Shown: piece after piece, positions 11,175 to 22,593 of the stretch
Position numbering within the stretch: the first letter of the stretch is position 1
Layout: each line of letters starts with the position of its first letter
Assembly: GCF_032191835.1 (NCBI RefSeq)
Contig: NC_083231.1
Location: forward strand, 126,232,001 to 126,296,000
Direction of reading: 5' to 3'
DNA length: 64,000 nucleotides
Source: Heteronotia binoei
Lineage: Eukaryota
Position numbers and translations under genes: made by a program
The notes under the pieces: model-generated
Told to the model about the DNA's origin: nothing
Seen by the model: the letters and a program-made list of their open reading frames with translations, nothing else
Database searches by the model: none

Positions 11175-11835
11175 TAAGAGAACATAAGAGAAGCCCTGTT
11201 GGATCAGGCTACTGGCCCCTCCAGTCCAACACTCTGTGTCACATAACAACATAAGAGAAGCCCTGTTGGATCAGGCCAGTGGCCCATCCAGTCCAACACT
11301 GTGTCACATAAGGACATAAGAGAAGCCCTGTTGGATCAGGCCAGTGGCCCCTCCAGTCCAACACTCTGTGCCACATAAGAGAAGCCATGTTGGATCAGGC
11401 CAATGGCCCATCCAGTCCAACACTCTGTGTCACATAAGAACATAAGAGAAGCCCTGTTGGATCAGACCAGTGGCCCATCCAGTCCAACACTCTGTGGCAC
11501 ATAAGAATGTAAGAGAAGCCCTGTTGGATCAGGCCAATGGCCCCTCCAGTCCAACACTCTGTGTCACACAGTGGCCAAAAAAATCCCAGGTGCCATCAGG
11601 AGATCCACCAGTGGGGCCAGGACACTAGGAGCCCTCCCACTGTGCCCCTCCCAAGCACCAAGAATACAGAGCATCACTGCCCCGGACGTAAGAACATTAG
11701 AAAAGCCATGTTGGATCAGGCCAGTGGCCCATCCAGTCCAACACTCTGTGTCACACAGTGTCCAAAACCCCCAGGTGCCATCAGGAGGTCCACTAGTGGG
11801 GCCAGGACACTAGAAGCCCTCCCACTGTTGCCCCT
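11175..11835 (-). repeat. CR1 3'-terminal array: 6 tandem units (11175-11566), UTR, a further unit and UTR
   Basis: Units cataagaacataagagaagcc[a/c]tgttggatcaggcca[a/g]tggccc[a/c]tccagtccaacactctgtgtca. Confidence 0.92.
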
Positions 11836-12412
11836 CCTCCCCCAAATGCAGGTGGCTGCGAGGGGGGGGGGGTACTGCCCCATTGCTGCAAGGGGCTCCC
11901 TTCCTCCAGAGGGCACCCTGCTGCCAGGGGCGGGCAGGGGGATGCCACACCCAACAGGGCGGGCAGGCTGGGACGCCTCCCTCCCTCCTCCGCCTTCCCG
12001 GGCGCAGCAAGAGTGGGGGTGGGGGGTGGGCCGCGGGGAATGCGGCTTCTGCAGACGGGGCGGGACCGGCCCGCGCCAGACTATCCAGCGAGAGGGCGCT
12101 CGAACCCAGCCCTTTGCTGCCTGTCCCGGGGCCCCGTTGCCTCCGGCGCTGCCCACCCCCACCCCCACCGCGGCCACTGCCCTTCCGAAGAGCAGAGACT
12201 ATGCCCCCGGTGGTGGGGCTGAGGCACAAGCAGCCCCCGCCCCCCGCCACGTCGTCCGGCGGCCCTCCCTCCCACAGCCTCCAGGACTTAACCGGGAGCG
12301 CGCCTTGCTTTCCCCAGGCGGGCGAGGAGGAAGCAGCCAGCCAGCCAAGCCCTCTGGCCGGCCACGTGCCTCCTCCGGGCTGCCGGCGGGGATCGCGGCC
12401 AGCCCGCCCTAC

Positions 12413-12526
12413 CTGCTCGGTGTCCCCGAGGAGGCTGAGCCGGAACCGGCCCCGCCGGATCTCCATCTCCAGGGCGGAGCCCCGCGCTACGGTCACTCGG
12501 CTCCGGTGGTGCCGCTGGAACGCCAT
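12413..12526 (-). CDS. RTKN: RTKN first coding exon 1a (canonical N-terminus)
   Basis: MAFQRHHRSRVTVARGSALEMEIRRGRFRLSLLGDTEQ matches human MFSRNHRSRVTVARGSALEMEFKRGRFRLSLF. GTAGG donor at 12412, phase 0; CpG island ~11900-12860. Confidence 0.96.
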
Positions 12527-12989
12527 GGCGGCCCGAGGCCAGCCCTCTCTCCCTCTCCTCGCACGCCCGCCGACCTTCCCCCTGGCCGGGGAGCCGCGCT
12601 GGCCCCGCCCCGTGGCCTGGGAAGAGGCGGCCCGCCCCGCCCCGCCCCGCCGAGCGCTTCCCTTCCCTGCGGCCGAGCGGGGAGCTCCCTGGCTGGCCTC
12701 TCCTGCCCTGGCTCCGTCCCGACGGGCGAGGGCCCAACCTTGCTGCCCAAGCTCCCTCCCTCCCTCGCCCGGGCCCCGAGGAGGGAAAGGCGCCTCAACC
12801 CCGATCCGGGGGGAATCCAGCTCCAGGCAAGCGGCGGGGGCGCGCACCAAGAAGCCGGCCCAGCAGGAGCCTGTGAGAACATGCCAGGAGCCCCTGGTCC
12901 ACCCAGGCCAACACTCTGGGTCAGGCAGGGGCCATCAACACCCAAAGCCTTCCCTTGAGGTCCACCCGCTGGGCCAGAACGCCAGAAAC

Positions 12990-13250
12990 CCTCCCAATGC
13001 CCCCCGCCCCCCCCCCAGCATCAAGAAGACAGAGCATGAGTGCCCCAGACAGAGGGCTCCCTCTATACCTTGTGGCTAAGAGCCGCTGATGGACCTGGGC
13101 TCCATGTGTTGATCCAGTCCCCTCTTCAGGCTGGCTGTGCTTGTAGCCGCCACCACTTCCTGCAGCAGTGAATTCCACCTGTGAATGACTCTCTGGATGA
13201 AGAAGGGCTGTTCTAAGCCCCCTGCTCCTTCATGTCATCGAGTGCCCAGG
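12990..13250 (-). mobile_element. Degraded CR1 3' fragment just upstream of the RTKN 1a promoter
   Basis: Reverse-complement similarity to 3040-3260. Confidence 0.75.
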
Positions 13251-13965
13251 AGGGAGAAAAGTGCTTATTTCTGTGCCTTCTCTGTCCCATGCGTGCACCT
13301 CTGTCGTGTCACCCCTCAAGCTGCCATTTCTCCAAAAGAAAGAGCCCTTGCCCCCTTCACCTTTCTTCATAGGGAAAGTGCTCCATCCCCTGAAGCATTT
13401 GTGTTGCCCATTTCTGCCTCTTTGGGTCTTTTCCGGTTTGCCCAGGGCTAGCTGGGAAACTGACCTGTGATCCCTCTGCCCCCCCCAGGTGCTGATCCAG
13501 CTGCCCCCCTGCTCCAACCACCCAGTGGGAGGGTGCCTGGCAGAGAGAGGCCTTCCCCAGGGTTGCTGGCGACTGGAACGGGCACCTCCCACGTGCCAAG
13601 CTTGTGCTGTATCCCTGGGCTCTGCACCCCAGCACCTCGACAGCAAGGTGGAGAAGGGGCTGCAGTGACTCCCCAAAAGAAGCTCTTCCTCTGCGGCCAG
13701 TCCTGAAGGTGCTCCTGCAGTCCTGCTCTTTTCTGCTGCTCTGAGGAGGCCGCCCATCTGGAGGGATTTGTGGCGGGCTCCCGGGACACCCTGCAAGGGC
13801 CACACCAGCACAGCACGGGGGGAGGGAGGGAGGACGGGCCTCGGTGGCAGCAGCCTCTGTTCTCTGCCTGCCATTGAATGGTGAGAGGCTGACTAAACTA
13901 AACCTACTGGTTACTGTGACCAAATTTACTAAATACTCTTAACATTTATTATAATTTGTTCTTTA

Positions 13966-14628
13966 GTCGCACAGTCAAGTCCGACTCTTTGCAACCCCCT
14001 GGACAAAGTCACGCCAGGCCTTCCTGTCTTCCACCATCCTCCGAAGTCTGCTCAGATTCGTGTTAGTTACATCAGTAATGCTGTCCAGCCGTCTCATCTT
14101 TTGCCATCCCCTTCTTCTTTTGCCTTCTGTCATTCCCAGCTTCAGGGTCTTCTCCACGGAGGGCTCCCTTCTCATTGGGTGGCCAAAGTGTCTGAGCTTC
14201 AGCTTCAGCATTTGACCTTCCAGGGAATATTCTGGGTTGATTTCCCTGTGGACTGACTGACTTGATCTTCTTAAATTCCAAGGTACTCTTAAGTCTTCTC
14301 CTCACCACAGCTCAGAAGCATCTATTCTTCTGTGTTTGGCCTCCCTTATGGTCCAGCTCTCGCAGCCGTACATTACTACTGGGAATACCTTCGCTTTGAC
14401 TATACAGACTTTTGTTGGCAGGGTGATGTCTCTCCTTTTTATTATACTGCCCACGTTCGCCATAGCTGTCCTCCCAAGGAGCAAACATCTTTTAATTTCA
14501 TGGCTACAGTCGCCATCTGCAGTGATCTTGGATCCCAGAAATGTGAAGTCTGTCACTACTTCCATGTCTTCTCCTTCTATTTTCCAAGGTGTGATGGGGC
14601 CGGATGCCATGATCTTAGTTTTTGTGAT
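13966..14628 (-). mobile_element. BovB (RTE clade) LINE 3' fragment, frameshifted
   Basis: Encodes EDMEVVTDFTFLGSKITADGDCSHEIKRCLLLGRTAMAN..TLPTKVCIVKAKVFPVVMYGCESWTI and KLKLRHFGHPMRR..EKTLKLG..EGKRRRG, characteristic of BovB. Confidence 0.95.
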
Positions 14629-15717
14629 GTTGAGTTATAATAAAGACAGGCAAATCAAGAATTCCATGTTGCAGACACACAAAAGGTAAAAGTCCATTCT
14701 TTGAAAAAATCCCTTTGTGACGGTCCAGATTCCGGAATGGACTTCAGTGACATGAAGTCAGCTGCAGTTTCTTGAATCCCATGAAAGATTCCCTCCTAAT
14801 GCAACAGGACAGTCGGTGTTCCACTTCCTGTTTCAATAAAATTTTCCCTCAGGAAAATTGTTCCCTTAGAACAATTTAATAATACCATTAAAGACATAAT
14901 TTCTAAGTCAGAGCTCTTCCAGGGCACACCGTCTCTTATCTTCGTTTTCTCCCTGGCAAAATGCTCAGATGGCTCAAGGCGGCACAAAGAACATGGTGAA
15001 CCCCCAGTGTGTGGGGGGGTGGCTAAGCCCCTATAACTGCTGCAGCACTGCCAGTGGCGCTCCCCTCCCCCCGGCATCTTTCAGGGGACTTTGGGACCCT
15101 TCCTCTTTGGATCGGGGGGGGGGGGTGTTGCTGATCTCCAGTCCATGGCTCAGCGGGATGCTGGGGGTCCCCTTGGCCACAGGAGGAGGCTGCACTTGCA
15201 CTCAGCACTTTGAGAACAGTTGACCTGTGGGGGCAGGGGTGGAGGTGGAAAAGGGCCTCCTCTGCTGTGGCAGCTGACTGCTGCTCTGACTCGGGAAGAG
15301 CCACAGTGGAGCTGAGCTGCAGCTGGCACGGGGGGGGGGGGGAGTGCAGCTGAGAAGACAGGAAGCCAATGCCCGCCAGTGCCAAGCACCGAGGAGGGAC
15401 AATGAGGGAGCGTGTAAGCATGTGAAGCCCTCTGTGTCTTTCTGGTGAGGGGCCTGAGATGCCAGGCCAGTTCAAACAACTGGCAAAATGCCCCCTCTTT
15501 TCATCATCTTGGTTCAGGCCCATGGCAAGGCAGGTCTTAATGAAAGATTACATATTTTAGACAGGAGACCCACAAATTCACATTTGAGGTCTTTCAGGTA
15601 TGCCATCTGGGTCTGGTGACTTATCAGTTCTTAGATTCTCTTATCAATCATAGGACCTCTCTTGTCATTCACTTTCCCCACGGGGGCTGGGTTGTACCAT
15701 GCATTTCAGTGCCCACA

Positions 15718-16600
15718 TGGCCCCTCCAGTCCAACACTCTGTGTTACATAAGAACATAAGAGAAGCCCTGTTGGATCAGGCCAATGGCCCCTGCAGTCCA
15801 ACACTCTGTGTTACATAAGAACATAAGAGAAGCCATGTTGGATCAGGCCAGTGGCCCATCCAGTCCAACACTCTGTGTCACATAAGAACATAAGAGAAGC
15901 CCTGTTGGATCAGGCCAATGGCCCATCCAGTCCAACACTCTGTGTCACATAAGAACATAAGAGAAGCCATGTTGGATCAGGCCAATGGCCCCTCCAGTCC
16001 AACACTCTGTGTCACATAAGAAAAGCCATGTTGGATCAGGCCAGTGGCCCATCCAGTCCAACACTCTGTGTCACATAAGAACATAAGAGAAGCCATGTTG
16101 GATCAGGCCAATGGCCCCTTCAGTTCAACACTCTGTGTCACATAAGAACATAAGAGAAGCCATGTTGGATCAGGCCAGTGGCCCCTTCAGTCCAACACTC
16201 TGTGTCACATAAGAACATAAGAGAAGCCATGTTGGATCAGGCCAGTGGCCCATCCAGTCCAACACTCTGTGTCACACAATGGCCAAAAAACCCCAAGTGC
16301 CATCAAGAGGTCCACCAATGAGGCCAGGACACTAGAAGCCCTCCCACTGTTGCCCCCCCCTCCCAAGTACCAAGAATACAGAGCATCACTGCCCCGGACA
16401 TAAGAGAAGCCATGCTGGATCAGGCCAGTGGCCCATCCAGTCCAACACTCTGTCACACAGTGGCCAAAAACCCAGGTGCCATCAGGAGGTCCACCAGTGG
16501 GACCAGGACACTAGAAGCCCTCCCACTGTTGCCCCCCCAAGCACCAAGTATACAGAGCATCACTCCCCCAGACAGAGAGTTCCAACAATATGCTGTGACT
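15718..16600 (-). repeat. CR1 3'-terminal array: 8 complete units and 1 partial (15718-16275), UTR, a further unit and UTR
   Basis: Eight successive ~67-bp units (one 57 bp) with recurring variant positions and no spacers. Confidence 0.93.
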
Positions 16601-17194
16601 AAGAGCTACTGCTAGAGGCCCAGGTCTGAATCCCTCCCCTCTCAGGGAAGATTGCAGGATGACCTTCAGAGGACTGCAGCTGCTACCAAGATGAAAGGGG
16701 GGAAGTGATGTCATCAGCTGCTTTTGGAGCCCTGATCTGGCTGGCCCAGTCTTGTCAGAGACGCTCAGGAGGGGCAGGCTTGGAAGGCCACCAAGGAAAT
16801 CCAGGGTCCTTGCACAGAGGCAGGCACGGGCAAGCCACCTCTGCACCTCTCTTGCTTTGGAAACCCTGCAGGCTGTGACTTGCCAGCCAAAAAAAGGTAA
16901 GGAAAGTGAGGAACAAGTGAATAAAGGGAAAAAAGGGTAGCAGGCTGTAGATTTGTCCTGCAAGTTCCCATTCCTTCTCCCAGACAAGGAAGGTCTGTGT
17001 TACATCCATCCCATCCCACACAGAAGATCAGATGGACACTCTAAGGCCCAGCTTTCAGATCTAGTCTCAGGTGAAGCCTTTCTGTTCTTCCTCTTTGCAA
17101 GCTGCATGTTTGCAGACCCAGAACTCTGGCTGCCTTGCATACTGGAACACAATCCTAAGTCTCTTGAGTCTCTCTCTCTCTCTCGGCTTGGCTT

Positions 17195-17350
17195 CGCGAA
17201 CGAAGATTTAAGAAGGGTGCAATAGTCCACGTTTGCTGCAGGCTTGCTGGTGGCTGACAAGACCAATGTGGGACAGGCAGGTCCGGCCACAGCGGCTGCA
17301 GGGAAAAGTCTGATTTAGGGTTGGTCCTGTAGCAGTGCGATTCTTCCCTG
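17195..17350 (-). mobile_element. RTE-clade LINE 3' end (C-terminal CCHC zinc knuckle)
   Basis: Encodes FPCSRCGRTCLSHIGLVSHQQAC, the typical RTE ORF terminus, followed by a short tail. Confidence 0.75.
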
Positions 17351-17359
17351 AATAGACAG

Positions 17360-17459
17360 GCGTCATGTGATCCTGCCAGGTATAAGCGGAAGGAAAGCCC
17401 ACTTCCTGGCAACAGGTGAGGCTTTCCTTCTGCTTATACCTGGCAGGATCATATGATGC
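17360..17459. repeat. Near-perfect ~100-nt hairpin (stem ~43 bp, loop 13 nt)
   Basis: gcgtcatgtgatcctgccaggtataagcggaaggaaagcccac / gtgaggctttccttctgcttatacctggcaggatcatatgatgc. Confidence 0.9.
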
Positions 17460-18179
17460 CCCTTTGCATGCCTCTAGGAGTGCCAGCTCAGAGCTGGAAA
17501 GCACCCAGGCCTCCTCTCCCCGCCCCCCCCCCCCCCATGTTCCCTGCTGCAAACTTTGCTCTTCTCAAGGGAAACCACCCGGGCTCCAGCTCAGAGGGCA
17601 AGTGGGTGGGCTGAACTGGGCGAAGTCCACCTGCCAGGCAAAACTCAGATCAATAGGCACTCCTTCGGAGGCCTTGGCTTGAGGCCCATTGGCTAAGTTG
17701 AGGCCTGGGGGCAATTTCTGTTCACTGAATGGAGATTGAGGGCTGATCTGCAAGGCCCCCTTATCTGGCTTCTCTTTCTCTTGTGTGCTTCTCCTTTGGT
17801 GGGCCCTGGTGCTTTTGGGCTTCCTGGAATAGTGGGATGTAACACATTAACCCACAGTATTAAATAAATGTGATTAGTTGGGGAGTGAGGCTCTGTGGGC
17901 CACGGAGTGTGGGGCTGTCCCCACCCACACCCCAATAAGCTCCTGCCTCATGGGAAGACAGCACCTCGGAAGCCTAACTTGTGATTCCGGCTGTGCGAGC
18001 AAAAGTGCACTCTGCACATGTACAGCTAAACTCTTTTATGAGCACTTCAGGTACCCCCCGGTGCTCCAAAGAGCTTCTGGAGCTGAGTCACGCGGCTTGT
18101 GCAAACCGGGAGCAGCTTCCAGCAATGCTTTGAGCAGAGGCTGTCCCGCTGCGTGTTCCAGCCTGTAATCTCTGCAGGA

Positions 18180-18934
18180 GGCCATTTTGGCGCTTGAGGA
18201 ACCGAGGAAGAAGACGCAGGGCTGCTCTTGAATCGGACTCCTGCTGCAGCAGCAGCAGCTTCCACTCTCCTCCGCTTCCCCACAACAGGCCCCGCGAGGC
18301 AGGTGGGCTGAGAGAGCCCTGAGAGCAGAGCCGTGACTGGCCCAAGGTCACCCAGCCGGCCGCCTGCGGGGGAGGAAGGGGCGCCCTCCCCTGTCTCCCG
18401 CCCTCCCTCCTCCCCCGCCCGGGAGGCTCAGGAGGCTGCAAGCTCTCCCGGGGAGGAGGGGGCGGAGTCCCACGTCGGCACCGCCCCTCATTGGCCCCTT
18501 TCTAGCCTCTCCGCCCGCCCTCCCGCCGGCGCCCCATTGGCCGCCTGAGCCCCGAGGGCACCGGTTGGCTCCCGCGCTGCGGCGTCGCCGGGCCCGCTGG
18601 CCGCTGATTGGCGCAAGGTGCCGTCCGTCTGCGGGTAGGCGGGGCCGGGCCCCTTTGTCTCTTGTTGTTAAGGCAGGAGGCGGCCGGCGATTGGGCGCGG
18701 CGCGGCTCGGGGGCGGCGGGGATTGGCCGGCTGCGTGCTGAGGGCGGGGCGGGCGTCGCTGCCCAGAGCGATGGCGGCGGTGGGGCAGGCGGCTGAGGCG
18801 GGGCCGGGCCTCGGCGGCTCGGGGGCGATGCGGGGGCGGCGGGCGGCCCTGGCCTTGGCGTCGGCGGAGGAGCGAGGCCCGCTGCGGCGAGGGCCGGAGG
18901 CGGGCCGGGGCGGCGGGCTGTAGGCGGCGGCGCC
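18180..18934 (+). promoter_or_regulatory. WBP1 CpG-island promoter with five reverse CCAAT boxes, GC boxes and a YY1-like motif
   Basis: ATTGG at 18490, 18536, 18607, 18690 and 18722; GGGCGG boxes; gccattttgg at 18181; dense CpG. Confidence 0.7.
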
Positions 18935-21113
<2,179 letters not shown>

Positions 21114-22593
21114 TGACAGCAGTCCCTCCAGAGGGCCCTTGCTGAAGCTCCAAGGACTAGGGAGCAGGCAGTTCACTGTGGAGCATCACCGCCTTAGTAC
21201 CGACACTGCCCTTGGCCAGATCTCGTGCGCACGCCGCCCTCTTCCTCCTGCCCAGGAAGCGTGTAGGTCTCGTGTTCTCCCCCCACCCCTCCCTGCCTTG
21301 GGGGCCCAAGAACTCTGTGGCTGGGCCAGTCATTTGCCTCTGGCTACTGTAGTGTCTTTGTGTGTGCGCGTGCATCCCGCTGGCTCTGTAGCCTTTGGTA
21401 CAAGGTGTAGCTCTTCCTTGTGGGGATAGACCCCTCTCCGCTCCTTTTCCTCTTGAAATCGGCAGGGGGGTGTAGACTGCTTGGTGCTTCAAGGGGATGG
21501 TTCCGGCTGACATCTGCTCCCCAAATCAGACTGCCTAGGCTGGAAGCAGGGAGCTGGCCTTCTCCTCCCCACCCACCCCCTTGCTGGACGCAGCTTCTTT
21601 GACCCCTGCCCTCCTGGTCCCCATTGGAGTGGAGGTTCTTTCCACGTGTGCCGCTGCGGAGGGCAGCAGTGCGGGCTTACTATTAAAGAGATGTGGCAGT
21701 TCTCAGCTCAGACTACCTCCTTTTGATTGTGCAACAGAAAAGGGGATCGTGCCTGCATGGCTTACTGCCGGGTGGGGGAGAGGCAGCCATCTGCAACAGC
21801 CTTGTTTTGGAGTGGGAGCGAGCAAGGGGGGGTTGTGCTCCTGCAGTGGCCAGATGGGAGACCATCCTGGCAGTCCCTGGTTGCGATTCAGAGGCAGGCA
21901 AAGGCAAACCCCCTCTGAATGAAGGTCTTTTGCCCTGGGAGGGAGGGGGTCACTGGAAGGCAGCTGGGGCTCGAGGAAACTTTCCACTATTTGGTCAGGG
22001 CTTGGGTTGGGGAGGTCCTCTTAGTCCTTCCCACTTTGCACTTTGTGGCTCCCAAGAGCGGCTGACAGCACCACACAGTTTCCATTCCCCCACCCCACAC
22101 ACACTTCTCCAAGGCTTAGGTTAGGGCATGGTCCTTCTTTACCTAGGAAATAGGGTTCCCTCACTCCAACACCTGCCTGTGACTGGTAGCAAAGAGTAAC
22201 CTGCCAGAAGACACACAAGGGTGAGGGGCTGGGCCAAACAAAATGAGGCAGGCAGGCCTATTCCTGGTGGCTGTGGATTGGCCCAGGGGCTCCACGGAAC
22301 AAGACCAAGGCCTTGGCCTACCTCACTGCTGCCACTGCAGTTTTCACTCCCCTTGGACTGAGACAATAGTTATTTGAGGCTAGAATTCAACCACAAAAGC
22401 TGGTTACCATCTCGCAGGGGACTCGGGGGCCTTCAGGCACAGCTACACGACTGAGGTCTCTGTTAGTCACGCATCCCTCATCCAGAGCACAACAGAGAGA
22501 GCACTCCGTTTTCTCATTTTATTTTAGGCCACAGCCCCACTGATCACAGGTTGCTGCTCGGAGTCCAAAGGTTGCCTGCCCGCCCCCGTGGCA

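Noticed and set aside
11537-12958. 473-aa plus-strand ORF, and similar long ORFs at 4650-6043, 18348-19242, 30324-31529, 58087-59509 and 61405-63638
   Set aside because: Stop-poor frames in GC-rich CpG islands or antisense to real exons; Pro/Gly/Arg/Ala-rich with no domain.
14640-15700. Possible hidden gene or retrocopy next to BovB
   Set aside because: No ORF with a recognisable product and no consistent splice chain.
15718-16275. Regular repeat arrays (also 1-169, 3309-3575, 11175-11566) as CRISPR arrays
   Set aside because: Units are contiguous with no unique spacers, they derive from a CR1 3' end, no cas genes are present, and the DNA is vertebrate.
18047-18283. LCSKHCWKL as a remnant of the INO80B zf-HIT
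   Set aside because: Wrong strand relative to WBP1, upstream cysteines absent, only a short chance-level match.
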